NCBI GenBank assembly: GCA_046595815.1
Contig: JBKJSN010000019.1
Location: forward strand, 4,936-68,935
Origin: Mycobacteriales bacterium
Lineage (GTDB): Bacteria > Actinomycetota > Actinomycetes > Mycobacteriales > SCTD01
Direction of reading: 5' to 3'
Length of the DNA stretch: 64,000 nucleotides
Under the pieces are notes generated by a model. That model saw nothing but the letters and a program-made list of their open reading frames with translations, was not told where the DNA came from and searched no databases. Positions within the stretch are counted from its first letter, which is position 1. Every line of letters starts with the position of its first letter. This document shows positions 18,586-31,877 of this stretch, piece by piece. Position numbers and translations under genes: made by a program.

Positions 18586-19606
18586 AGGCGAGGATCTCGA
18601 TGGTGACGGTGGCAACGCCGCTGTAGCCCAGAGCCCGGGACCCGGCGCGGGACATGTCGAGCACCCGGGCTCCGACGTACGGGCCCCTGTCGTTGACCAG
18701 GCAGCTCACGGCCAGACCTGCTCTGCTCACTCGGATGACGGTGCCTAGGGGAAGGGTCTTGTGGGCGCAGGTCAGGCGCTCGGGGTCGTACGGCGCGCCG
18801 CTGGCCGTCGGGTTGCCTACGAAGCCCGGGCCGTACCAGCTCGCCTGGCCGACAATGACCTCGCCGGTAGGTGCGAAACCGACGGGGTAGTTCGCGCCGC
18901 TGGCTTCGACCAGCGCCACGATGGGCGCCTCCCGGTCGAGGGCACGCCGCGCACGAGAGGTCTGGCCGGGCGTCAGCACCAGGGTGGTCCGGGTCGACAC
19001 GTCGTCGAGGGTCGAGCGCTGCGCTTGGAGGGCAAGCAGGACCTGCGTAGCGTGCTCCGCTGTGGCGAGGGCTTGGGCCTGGGCAAGCAGTGCACGGGCC
19101 TTGTCCTGCGCGGCGAGCACCGCCTCCACCTGCGGCCGCAACGTGCGGCGGAAGGCGTCGGCTCGCTCTTGCAGGGCGGCCAGCCGCCGGGCCTGCGACG
19201 TGACAGCGTCGACGAGGCCCTGGTCGACCCCGAGCACCGCCTGCTGGGCCCGGTGAGCGAACAGCTGCATGTCGGCCGAGGCGACCCGGTCCAGCAAGCC
19301 CCCGAAGGGGACCGTCGCCCCCGCGATGTAGACCTGCCGTGCGCGGGAGTCGAGGGCCAGCTGCGCCTCGCGCCGTTGCTGTTGGGTGCGGTCGTACTCC
19401 ACGCGCAGTCCCGCGTCGAGAGCGGCAGCCTGGTCCAGCTGCTCGGCGAGCCGGCCCGCCCGTGCGGTCACCTGAGCGAGCTCGGCCGTCAGTCTCGGCA
19501 GGTCGAGGGAGGTCACGGGTGCAGGTTCGGCAGAGCCCGTCGCCGACCACGGCAGCAGCATCCCGACGAGGGCAGCCGTCACCGCCGTACGACGAAAACC
19601 ACCCAT
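18575..19606 (-). CDS. Secreted coiled-coil + RlpA-like (DPBB) lytic transglycosylase
   Basis: Signal peptide, long coiled coil, ASWYGPGF, TASG, AHKTLPLGT, VNDRGPY, LDMSR. Confidence 0.88.
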   Translation of the reverse strand: MGGFRRTAVTAALVGMLLPWSATGSAEPAPVTSLDLPRLTAELAQVTARAGRLAEQLDQAAALDAGLRVEYDRTQQQRREAQLALDSRARQVYIAGATVPFGGLLDRVASADMQLFAHRAQQAVLGVDQGLVDAVTSQARRLAALQERADAFRRTLRPQVEAVLAAQDKARALLAQAQALATAEHATQVLLALQAQRSTLDDVSTRTTLVLTPGQTSRARRALDREAPIVALVEASGANYPVGFAPTGEVIVGQASWYGPGFVGNPTASGAPYDPERLTCAHKTLPLGTVIRVSRAGLAVSCLVNDRGPYVGARVLDMSRAGSRALGYSGVATVTIEILAFTG

Positions 19607-19659
19607 GCAAGATGCCTCGACCGCTGACGGACCGGCCTTGACTCGTTAGCGTCCAGATC

Positions 19660-23399
<3,740 letters not shown>

Positions 23400-23422
23400 G
23401 TCGATGAGCCTACGGTGAAGGG

Positions 23423-24409
23423 GTGATCGTCGACCTGCGTAGCGACACCCTGACCCGCCCGACTCCCGGGATGCGCGCCGCGATGGCCGCCGCCGAGGTC
23501 GGGGACGACGTCTATGGCGAGGACCCCACGGTCAACGCCTTGGAAGCCCGCGTGGCCGAGCTGTTCGGCCATCAAGCGGCGGTGTTCGTGCCCAGCGGCA
23601 CCATGGGCAACCAGATCTGCCTGCGCCTGGTGGTCCCGCAGGCGGGGGAGCTGCTGTGCGACGCGGACGCGCACGTTGTGACCTACGAGGGAGGAGGGGC
23701 CGCCCAGCACGGTGGGCTGCAGTCCCGCACCGTCAGCGGCGGACAGCTCTCCGTCGAAGCGTTCGCCGAAGCCATCCGCCCCGAGGGCTTCCACACGGTG
23801 GTGACAAGCGCGGTGTCGGTCGAACAGACGCACAACCGGGGCGGCGGGCTTGTCCAGCCGCTCGATGACCTGCGCGCCTTGCGCGAGCTGACTCGTGCGC
23901 ACGGCGTCGCTCTGCACTGCGACGGGGCACGCATCTGGAACGCCCACGTCGCCTCCGGCGTCTGTTTGCGCGAGTACGGCGAGCTCTTCGACACGCTGTC
24001 GGTGTGCCTGTCCAAGGGCCTGGGCGCCCCGGTCGGCTCGCTGGTGGTCACCTCGCACGAGCTTGCGAGGGAGGCGCGCGTGCTGCGGCACCGGTTGGGC
24101 GGCGCGATGCGTCAAGCCGGAATTCTCGCGGCCGCAGGCCTTTTCGCCCTTGACCATCACCTCGACCGGCTCGCCGAGGACCACGAGCGGGCCCGGCTGC
24201 TGGGGGAGCGGCTGGGGGTCCAGCCACAGACCAACATCGTCACCGTGCCGGTCGGCAACGCTCGCGAAGTGGCGGCCGCGGCGGCCGAGCAGGGCGTCCG
24301 GGTCGGCGTCGTCGGCCCCACGCGGATCCGCCTGGTCACACACCTCGACGTGGACGACGAGGGCGTCCGGCGCGCCGGGGAGGTCGTCAGCTCACTGCTC
24401 GGGCTGTGA
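23423..24409 (+). CDS. ltaE: Low-specificity L-threonine aldolase
   Basis: DLRSDTLT, VGDDVYGEDP, SGTMGN, DGARIWNA, SKGLGAPVG. Confidence 0.92.
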   Translation: MIVDLRSDTLTRPTPGMRAAMAAAEVGDDVYGEDPTVNALEARVAELFGHQAAVFVPSGTMGNQICLRLVVPQAGELLCDADAHVVTYEGGGAAQHGGLQSRTVSGGQLSVEAFAEAIRPEGFHTVVTSAVSVEQTHNRGGGLVQPLDDLRALRELTRAHGVALHCDGARIWNAHVASGVCLREYGELFDTLSVCLSKGLGAPVGSLVVTSHELAREARVLRHRLGGAMRQAGILAAAGLFALDHHLDRLAEDHERARLLGERLGVQPQTNIVTVPVGNAREVAAAAAEQGVRVGVVGPTRIRLVTHLDVDDEGVRRAGEVVSSLLGL

Positions 24410-25765
24410 ACCCTTCGGGTTCCCGCACCAGGCACCGTTGAGGAAGGTCGTCAGACCGGTCCGTCGCACGTCGTACCGCTGCTGGAGCGCTGTCCGGGTG
24501 TCCACCGCGCCCTTGCCGGGCGTCCAGCGGTAGACGTCGAACCCGCGGGCGAGGTCGTTGGCGTAGAGGTACCGGGAGTCCTTGTACTGCTTGGCGCTCC
24601 AGGTGTCGGCGTCGATCGCGGTGAAGGAGGCGAGCTCCTTCGGGATCCCGATCCGGTTGGTGATGTCGACGATGCGCACCCCCGCGGCGTAGCCCGCATT
24701 GGAGAACGACGTCGCCTGCGGGCCGTAGTCCAGGACGTGGGCGGTGCAGGTGAGGACGCCGCTGTTGGTGGTGGCGGTGAGGGAGTTCTGCGGGTTGAAG
24801 GCGTAGAACCCGGTCTTCACGGGGACCAGCTCGTTGGTGATGTCGTACACCGACACGCCGCCGACGTTGCAGACGCCGTTCGCGGCGGCGCCGGCCTGCT
24901 CGTCGGTGATGTACAGGTGCTTCTGGTCCGGGGTGATGTCGGCGCCGTGGCTGATGTTGATCGCCGGGTCGACGATCGTGGTGAGGATCGTGGGCCGCGA
25001 CGGGGTCGTCGTGTCGACGATCAGCGTCTGGGTGATCGCTGCGGAGTACGCGCGAGTCCCCTTGCGGTTGAAGGAGATGTCGTGGCTCGACAGGCCGGTC
25101 GGAAGTCCGAGGGTGGACACGATCTTCATCCGCTTCGGGTTGCTCACGTCGAGGACCTGGATGCGCCCCGTGTGGGCGGTCGGGTCGGTGCCCGCGGTGA
25201 TGGGCGTCAGTTCGCTGTCGCTGACGTAGAGCCACTTGCCGCTCGGGTGCAGGGAGGAGTTGTGCGCGCCGTACGGGACCTTCACGAAGCCGAGCGGGGT
25301 GGGGCGACGCGGGTCGGCGATCGAGATCGCGAGCACCCCGAGGGCAGGGCTGACTCCGAGCCGCTCGAAGCAGTCGGTGCCCTTCACCCCTCCGTCGACG
25401 CCCATGAACACCGTGGTGCCGCGGACCTGGACGTCGTTCTGGGTCACGTTGCAGGGAAGGAACCCGACCAGCGGCGGCGCGGCAGGGTTGGCCGTCAGGT
25501 CGAAGATCCGCAGCGCACCGAAACCGCTGTGTGCGTCCTCGGAAGGAGCGACCGCGTAGTCCCGGCCCTTGATGGTCGCGAACTCCAGGTCCGTGCCGCC
25601 CTTGTAGCTCCAGTTGGAGACCGGGGTCAGGTCCACCCCGGTGCCGTGGGCCGGCGTCCCGCGCCGGCCGGCCTCGCCAGGGAAGGCGGCGGGGGCGGCC
25701 TGCGAGACAAGGGGTGAGGCCAGGAGGGCGAGGACGGCCAGGGGGGCGAGGGAACGCAGACGCAT
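24392..25765 (-). CDS. Secreted LVIVD-repeat beta-propeller protein
   Basis: Signal peptide; repeated LRIFD/IQVLDVSNP/TLIVDTT/VRIVDIT blades; HN, HD, HG and CTAH motifs. Confidence 0.75.
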   Translation of the reverse strand: MRLRSLAPLAVLALLASPLVSQAAPAAFPGEAGRRGTPAHGTGVDLTPVSNWSYKGGTDLEFATIKGRDYAVAPSEDAHSGFGALRIFDLTANPAAPPLVGFLPCNVTQNDVQVRGTTVFMGVDGGVKGTDCFERLGVSPALGVLAISIADPRRPTPLGFVKVPYGAHNSSLHPSGKWLYVSDSELTPITAGTDPTAHTGRIQVLDVSNPKRMKIVSTLGLPTGLSSHDISFNRKGTRAYSAAITQTLIVDTTTPSRPTILTTIVDPAINISHGADITPDQKHLYITDEQAGAAANGVCNVGGVSVYDITNELVPVKTGFYAFNPQNSLTATTNSGVLTCTAHVLDYGPQATSFSNAGYAAGVRIVDITNRIGIPKELASFTAIDADTWSAKQYKDSRYLYANDLARGFDVYRWTPGKGAVDTRTALQQRYDVRRTGLTTFLNGAWCGNPKGSQPEQ

Positions 25766-25806
25766 GACCCCATTCTGTCAGCATCTGCCCTGCTCGTCCC
25801 GGTACG

Positions 25807-26829
25807 TCAGGTCGTGGCCAGCCTGCGGCCCACCGCCGGAGGAAGATCGCGGCAGGCGGCAGCCAACTGGGCCAGGTCCTCGCCGTACAGCGCCTGCGGG
25901 CCGTCGCACAGCGCCGACTGAGGGTCCGGGTGGATGTCCACGATCACGGCATCGGCCCCGACCGCGATCGCCGCCCGGGTGAGAGGCACGACGAGGTCAC
26001 GACGGCCGCCGGAGTGGCTCGGGTCGATGACGATCGGCAGGTGGCTCAGTGCATGGATCATCGGGACCGCGCTGATGTCCAGGGTGTTGCGGGTCGCGGT
26101 CTCGAAGGTCCGGATCCCCCGCTCGCACAGGACGATGTCGAGGTTGCCGCGCTGGGCGACGTACTCCGCGGCCATCAGCCACTCCTCGTAGGTCGCGGTC
26201 ATCCCACGCTTGAGCATGACGGGCTTGCCCGCCGAGCCGACAGCCTGCAGGAGCGCGAAGTTCTGCATGTTGCGGGTGCCGACCTGCAGCATGTCGGCCC
26301 ACTCTGCGACGAGCGGTACGTCGGCCGCGTCCACGACCTCGGTGACGATCGGCAGGCCTGTCTGCTCGCGCACCTCGGCGAGGATCCGCAAGCCCTTCTC
26401 GCCCAGCCCTTGGAAGGCGTAGGGGCTGGTGCGCGGCTTGAAGGCGCCACCGCGCAACAGGGTCGCGCCCGCGGCGAGCGCCATCTGCGCGGCTTGCAGG
26501 GTCTGCTCGGCCGTCTCGACGGCACAGGGACCGGCGATGAGGGTGAAGGTCTCGGGGCCGATGGGGACGCCGCCGACCCGCACGGTGGTCGCCTCGGGGT
26601 GGTGCTCGCGGCTCACGAGCTTGTAGGGCTTGCTGACGCGGACGACGTCGCCGACGCCACGCATGGCCCGCAGGTTCAGCGTCGTGAAGTGCTCGATGTC
26701 GCCGACAAGACCGACGATCGTGCGCTGCACGCCTCGGCTGACAAAGGCCTCGCCACCGGCGGCTTCGACGCGCGCGACGATCGCGTCGATGTCCTCGGGG
26801 GTGGCGTCGGGGCGCATGACGACGACCAT
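25807..26829 (-). CDS. aroF: Class I-beta DAHP synthase with N-terminal ferredoxin-like regulatory domain
   Basis: IAGPCAVE, RGGAFKPRTSPYAFQG, RNMQNF, LKRG, CERGIRTFE, DPSH. Confidence 0.93.
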   Translation of the reverse strand: MVVVMRPDATPEDIDAIVARVEAAGGEAFVSRGVQRTIVGLVGDIEHFTTLNLRAMRGVGDVVRVSKPYKLVSREHHPEATTVRVGGVPIGPETFTLIAGPCAVETAEQTLQAAQMALAAGATLLRGGAFKPRTSPYAFQGLGEKGLRILAEVREQTGLPIVTEVVDAADVPLVAEWADMLQVGTRNMQNFALLQAVGSAGKPVMLKRGMTATYEEWLMAAEYVAQRGNLDIVLCERGIRTFETATRNTLDISAVPMIHALSHLPIVIDPSHSGGRRDLVVPLTRAAIAVGADAVIVDIHPDPQSALCDGPQALYGEDLAQLAAACRDLPPAVGRRLATT

Positions 26830-26850
26830 CAGATACCTGCTCCTTCAACG

Positions 26851-26878
26851 AAAAAGCCCCGGGCAGGTGCCCGGGGCT
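26851..26878 (-). terminator. Intrinsic terminator of the aroF leader (attenuator 3:4 hairpin)
   Basis: Minus strand reads AGCCCCGGGCA-CC-TGCCCGGGGCT-TTTT, directly before the GAAGGAG SD of aroF. Confidence 0.85.
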
Positions 26879-26894
26879 CGTGTGGTCAGGTGCG

Positions 26895-26951
26895 TCAGCA
26901 GGCACCCGACCGGGAGTCCCGGTCGGGAAAGCCATACCACCGCGCCTGCAT
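26895..26951 (-). CDS. Putative attenuator leader peptide MQARWYGFPDRDSRSGAC
   Basis: 18-aa ORF with W-Y-G-F; TAGCGT -10-like box 7 nt upstream (leaderless); overlapping alternative hairpins and terminator downstream. Confidence 0.75.
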   Translation of the reverse strand: MQARWYGFPDRDSRSGAC

Positions 26952-26999
26952 GAGTACGACGCTACCCCAGGCGTTCGGGCCGATGAGCGCAGGGGCAGG

Positions 27000-27623
27000 A
27001 TGACGGATGTGACCACCCCGTTCCACCGCGTGGGCGCCGCGAAGCGGGCTCGCGGTGTTCCGGCGGAGCGCATGCCCCCTGGTCAGTACATCCCGCGTGG
27101 GTGGCCGGCCCTGCACTACGGACCGGTGCCGCGCTTCACGCCGGCGACGTGGGACTTCCGGGTCTTCGGGGTAGGGCAGGACGAGCTGCGCTGGACCTAT
27201 GACGAGCTGTCGGCACTCCCGATGTCGGACTTGGTCGCGGACTTCCACTGCGTCACGAAGTTCACGATCCTCGACAACCTTTGGCGCGGTCTGGCCTGCT
27301 CGACGCTGCTGACCCTGGCCCCGCCGCCGCCGTCGGTCTCGCACGTGATGGTCTGGGCGGAGTACGGCTACTCGGCCAACCTGTCGCTCGCCGACTTCGC
27401 GGCCGGCATGTTCGTGACCCACCGCAACGGTGCACCGCTGTCCCCTGAGCACGGCTTCCCGCTGCGCCTTGTCGTGCCTCACCTCTACGCCTGGAAGGGC
27501 CCCAAGTGGGCACGGGGCGTGGAGTACCTCACCGAGGACCGGCGAGGCTTCTGGGAGGAGCGCGGCTACCACAACAACGCCGATCCTTGGCGCGAGCAGA
27601 GGTACGCCTACCAGGAGGAGTAG
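27000..27623 (+). CDS. Sulfite oxidase-like molybdopterin oxidoreductase
   Basis: PPGQ, DFHCVT, HGFPLRLVVPHLYAWKGPKW, GFWEERGYH. Confidence 0.9.
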   Translation: MTDVTTPFHRVGAAKRARGVPAERMPPGQYIPRGWPALHYGPVPRFTPATWDFRVFGVGQDELRWTYDELSALPMSDLVADFHCVTKFTILDNLWRGLACSTLLTLAPPPPSVSHVMVWAEYGYSANLSLADFAAGMFVTHRNGAPLSPEHGFPLRLVVPHLYAWKGPKWARGVEYLTEDRRGFWEERGYHNNADPWREQRYAYQEE

Positions 27624-27861
27624 CACCGGGGGGCCCACAGTCCGCGAGGCGGGAGAAGCCCTGCCCTGACTAGGGCTTCTGAGGTGCACGGTGCGCGGTC
27701 GCCCGCTTCTCCCTGCCGCTCTGGTCGGGCTTCTCCCGCCTGCGGCCAGTGCACCTCGCGCGGTTGTCCTGCGCAAGGGTCGAAGGTCCCGATTGGCGTT
27801 CTGGTTCTGCGAGGTCGAAGGCGGGTACGACGCTGGTCATGGGACGAGATGGGTCGCGGCG

Positions 27862-28065
27862 ATGAGCCCCTTGCTGCTTCCAGCGTCTTTGCTGGTGATC
27901 CCCGGGCTCATCGGGCTCGCGTTGCTCATGGAGTGGCTCGAGCGCGTGTTCGCCCAGCAGTACGTCGCGGATGAGATCGCCCGGCTGCTTGCCGATGAGC
28001 AGGAATTCGAGCGCCTCGAAGCGCGGGTGGCGCTGGCTGCCCAGCCCCTCCTCGATCGCCCCTGA
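27862..28065 (+). CDS. Small hypothetical membrane protein
   Basis: 67 aa: N-terminal hydrophobic helix followed by an amphipathic helix, with GC-rich third positions. Confidence 0.5.
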   Translation: MSPLLLPASLLVIPGLIGLALLMEWLERVFAQQYVADEIARLLADEQEFERLEARVALAAQPLLDRP

Positions 28066-28237
28066 CCGTCCCGTTGCGTTCCACCGCGCCCGTCTCCGAA
28101 GTGACCCCGGCGATCTTCGCCGAAACGTGGTCCAGGAGCCCCTGGAGCGACATTTTGACGAAGATCGTTTCCGAGAACGTGAGCCACGCTCGCGGAAGGC
28201 CTGCTCGAACTGCTCCACCGCCGACTCCCGGGCGTGG

Positions 28238-29113
28238 TCAGACCTCCAAGCGGGAGACCGAACCCTCCGCTCCGTGCCGGGGGCCGACCTCCGTCAGCAC
28301 CATGGCGGCCAGCACGAGCACCGCTCCGACCAGAGTTCGGGGCCCGAGCCTTTCACCGGCGACCGCCACCGCGAACAGCCCGCTGAAGACCGGCTCCATC
28401 GTCATGATGACCGCGGCCCGGGTGGGCGCCAGGTGTGCCTGCGCCCAGGTCTGCACCACGAACGCCAGGGCCGTGGCGCCCAGTGCTGTCACGGCCAACG
28501 CCCGCAAGACCGACGACGAGGGTGGGACCACGACACCGCCTGGGACGGCCACCAGCGCGCAGAGCACCGCCGTCGTGGCGAGCTGGACGACCGCGAGACC
28601 GAAGGCGTCATACGACGAGGCCCAGTGTCCGAGGCCCACGATGTGCAGCGCGAAGGCGGCTGCGCAGCCGAGGGTCAGCAGCTCGCCGTACCCGACGGCG
28701 AAGCCGTGCAGGGACATCAGCGCCAGGCCCACGGTCGCGAGCGCAACGGCGCTCCACGCCAGCAGGGGCACACGCGCCTTCAGGAGCAAGGCTGAGCCGA
28801 GCGGCGTGAGCACTACGAACATGCCGGTGATGAAGCCGCTCACCGCGGCGGAGGTGTGCTGCAGCCCGAGCGTCTGGAGCAGGTAGCCCGCGCCGAGCGC
28901 GAGGCCGACGATCACTCCCGCACGCCGGCCGGAGGGCCCGAGCGCTGCGACCGAGCGGGGCCGGATGGCCAGCATCACCAGCGCCGCCAGCCCGAACCGC
29001 CAGGTGAGGAAGTCGGTGACGGGCATCTGCTCGACCGCGTCCTTCACGACGACGAAGGTTGAACCCCAGATCGCGGTGACCCCGATCAGCGCCAGGGTGG
29101 GGCGGTCAGGCAT
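28238..29113 (-). CDS. DMT/EamA-family transporter
   Basis: IWGSTF, RF, LQTLGL, EPVF; about 10 TM segments. Confidence 0.9.
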   Translation of the reverse strand: MPDRPTLALIGVTAIWGSTFVVVKDAVEQMPVTDFLTWRFGLAALVMLAIRPRSVAALGPSGRRAGVIVGLALGAGYLLQTLGLQHTSAAVSGFITGMFVVLTPLGSALLLKARVPLLAWSAVALATVGLALMSLHGFAVGYGELLTLGCAAAFALHIVGLGHWASSYDAFGLAVVQLATTAVLCALVAVPGGVVVPPSSSVLRALAVTALGATALAFVVQTWAQAHLAPTRAAVIMTMEPVFSGLFAVAVAGERLGPRTLVGAVLVLAAMVLTEVGPRHGAEGSVSRLEV

Positions 29114-29957
29114 CCCGCAGCGAGCACAGCAGCTCGACGTCGCGTCGGTGCGCGGCGGCGTCTCCGGGCGTCTCGATCACGACGGGGACATTGCGGGTCG
29201 CCGGGTGCCGGAAGAGCTCGGCGAAGGGGTCCTTGCCGATGTGACCCTGCCCGATCGCCTCATGCCGGTCGCGCAGCGAGCCGAGCGGGTCCTTGGAGTC
29301 GTTGGCGTGGACCAGTTGCAGCCGTCCGCGGCCGATGGCCTTCACCAGCGCGTCGAGGGTGCGTTTCATGCCGCCAGGTGTGGCGAGGTCGTGGCCCGCG
29401 GCGAACGCGTGGCAGGTGTCGAGGCAGACGCCCAACATGGCGTGTTCGTCGAGGGCGGCGAAGTACGGAGACAGGTCCTGGACCGTGGCGGCCAGGGCCT
29501 GTCCCCCTCCGGCCGTGGGCTCGATGAGCAGCAGCGGGCCAGCCGGGTCCAGGCCCTCGAGCACGGGCAGGAGGTGTTCGCGGAGCTGGCGCATGGCGTC
29601 GTCGCGATGTGCCCCAGCGACGGCGCTGCCTGCGTGCACGACGACGCCGCGGGCCCCGATCGCGGCCGCCCGGTGCAGGGAGTGCTCGACCGCCTCGATC
29701 GACCGACGCAGTGTGGCCTCGGTGGGGGAGCCGAAGTTCACGAGGTACGGCGCGTGCACGAACACCGGTTGCACGCAACGGCCTCGGAACTCCTCGTCCC
29801 GGGCCGGGTCTCCTGCCGACTGGGCCCAGCCCCGCGGGTTGGACACGAAGACCTGCAGCGCCGCCGCACCGATCTCCTCGGCGTAGGCGAGCCCCTTGAG
29901 CAGTCCTCCCGCGACGGGGACATGGGAGCCCACGGGAGAGGGCTTACGGGGGGGCAC
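29106..29957 (-). CDS. nfo: Endonuclease IV (AP endonuclease 2)
   Basis: GSHV, QVFVSNPRGW, HAPYLVN, CLDTCH, HANDS, DRHE, IETP. Confidence 0.93.
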   Translation of the reverse strand: MPPRKPSPVGSHVPVAGGLLKGLAYAEEIGAAALQVFVSNPRGWAQSAGDPARDEEFRGRCVQPVFVHAPYLVNFGSPTEATLRRSIEAVEHSLHRAAAIGARGVVVHAGSAVAGAHRDDAMRQLREHLLPVLEGLDPAGPLLLIEPTAGGGQALAATVQDLSPYFAALDEHAMLGVCLDTCHAFAAGHDLATPGGMKRTLDALVKAIGRGRLQLVHANDSKDPLGSLRDRHEAIGQGHIGKDPFAELFRHPATRNVPVVIETPGDAAAHRRDVELLCSLRDA

Positions 29958-29977
29958 GAAGCAGAGCGTAAGGCCCG

Positions 29978-31828
29978 CTAGTAGACGTACATCACAACGG
30001 TGGTCCCGCGCTTGACGCGCTTGCCGCCCTTGGGGTCGGTCTGGAGCACGTTGCCAGGGCCGCCCTGGACCACCACACGTTCCTCCACGACCAGCCCCGC
30101 TTCCTCGAGCAGGCGGCGGCCGGTCGCACGGTCCATGTCCTTGACGTTGGGGACGGTCACGATGTCCGGGCCCTTGCTCACCTGGAGGGTGACCGTCGAG
30201 CCCTTGTCCGCCGTACCGGAGGAGGGCGATTGGGAAACGACCACTCCGACCGCAACGGTGTCGCTGAAGACCTGCTGGATGGCCACCCCGAAGCCGCGTG
30301 CGATCAGCTTGCGCTCGGCGTCGTCCTGCTTGCTGCCCGTGACGTTCGGGACCTCGATGGGCTGCTTGCCCTTGGAGACGACGAGCGTCACCACCGCACC
30401 GGGCTTGAGTCGTTGCCCCGGCGCGGGATCGGTCGTCACGACCCGACCCTTGGCCACGGTCTGGCTGTAGACCGACTTGTCGACCGCCGCCACCTCGAGC
30501 CCCACCCCGACGAGCTCGGTGCGAGCGTTTGCGACGTCCTTGCCCGCGACCCGTGGCACCACACGCCGGTCCGGCCCCTTCGAGAGCTGGAGAGTCACGG
30601 TTCCGCCCTTGCGGACCCGGTCACCGGGGCCAGGGCTCTGCTCCAGGACCAGACCGCGGGCGACGGTTTCGCTGAAGGCATCCTCGCCGCGCTCGACCTT
30701 CAGGCCCTCAGCCTCGAGCGACTGGGTGGCCTTGGCGAGGGTGAGGCTCAGGACCGGCGGCGTCGTGGTGAAGCGGTAGCTGCCGAGGTAGAAGCCACCG
30801 CCCAGAGCCAGCAGTGCCAGCACGAGGATCAGGACCAGGCCGCGACGGCCGCTCCGTCGGGCCTTCGCCTTCTTCGCCGGCTTCTCCGCAGCCTTCTCCG
30901 AGGGCGCTGCCGCGACGGGCGCACGCCGAGGAACCACCAGGGTCTGCTGCTGACTCACGGGTACGGCGGGCAGCTGGCCCTTGACGGAGACGAGCTCGGC
31001 GAGGAACTCGCCCGCGTCAGCAGGGCGGTCCTGCGGGTCCCGGCGGGTCGCCCGGACCACGAGGGCGTCCAGCGACGGCGGGATGCCCGCGACAGCGGAC
31101 GAGGGGGGCGGCACGTCCTCGTGCACGTGGCGGTAGGCCACCGACAGCGGTGTCTCCCCGGCGTACGGCGGGGTGCCGGTGAGCAGCTCCCACAGCAAGA
31201 TGCCGGTCGCGTAGACGTCGCTGCGCGCATCGGCCGTGCCCGACTCGACCTGCTCGGGGGACAGGTAGGCAACGGTGCCGATGAGCAGCCCGGTGGTCTG
31301 GGTGAGGTTGCTGGTCTCGATCGCGCGAGCGAGCCCGAAGTCGGCGACCTTCACCCGACCGTCGTCGGCGAGCAGCACGTTCTCTGGCTTGATGTCGCGA
31401 TGCACCAGGCCGGCGGCGTGCGCGGCAGCCAGGGCGCGCAGGACCGGCTCGATGAGGGCGACCGCTCGGGCGGGAGTCAGCGCTCCACGCTCCAGCAGCA
31501 GCTGCCGCAGGTTGATCCCCTGCACGTGCTCCATGACGAGGTAGGCCAGACCGGTGTCGCGGTCGGTGCCTTGGTCGTGCACCCCCACGACCTCGGGTGC
31601 CTGCACCCTGGCTGCGGCGCGGGCCTCCCGCGCGAAGCGCGCCACGAACTCCGGATCCTCCGCCAGCGCCCGGTGCATCACCTTGACGGCGACTTGGCGG
31701 TCCAGGCGCGTGTCCGTGGCGACGTACACCGTTGCCATCCCGCCGCGTGCGATGACGCGGTCCAGGCGGTAGCGGTCGTCAAGGAGCCGCCCGGTCAGCG
31801 GCGCAGCGGCATCCGACGCAGTCTCCAT
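29978..31828 (-). CDS. PASTA-domain Ser/Thr protein kinase (PknL-like)
   Basis: GGMATVY, VAVK, HRDIKPEN, DFG, YLSPE, one TM, four PASTA-like repeats. Confidence 0.93.
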   Translation of the reverse strand: METASDAAAPLTGRLLDDRYRLDRVIARGGMATVYVATDTRLDRQVAVKVMHRALAEDPEFVARFAREARAAARVQAPEVVGVHDQGTDRDTGLAYLVMEHVQGINLRQLLLERGALTPARAVALIEPVLRALAAAHAAGLVHRDIKPENVLLADDGRVKVADFGLARAIETSNLTQTTGLLIGTVAYLSPEQVESGTADARSDVYATGILLWELLTGTPPYAGETPLSVAYRHVHEDVPPPSSAVAGIPPSLDALVVRATRRDPQDRPADAGEFLAELVSVKGQLPAVPVSQQQTLVVPRRAPVAAAPSEKAAEKPAKKAKARRSGRRGLVLILVLALLALGGGFYLGSYRFTTTPPVLSLTLAKATQSLEAEGLKVERGEDAFSETVARGLVLEQSPGPGDRVRKGGTVTLQLSKGPDRRVVPRVAGKDVANARTELVGVGLEVAAVDKSVYSQTVAKGRVVTTDPAPGQRLKPGAVVTLVVSKGKQPIEVPNVTGSKQDDAERKLIARGFGVAIQQVFSDTVAVGVVVSQSPSSGTADKGSTVTLQVSKGPDIVTVPNVKDMDRATGRRLLEEAGLVVEERVVVQGGPGNVLQTDPKGGKRVKRGTTVVMYVY

Positions 31829-31877
31829 CGAGTGCGATTCTAGGCGGCTTCCCGGCGGAGAAGGTGCTGGCGCGCCG

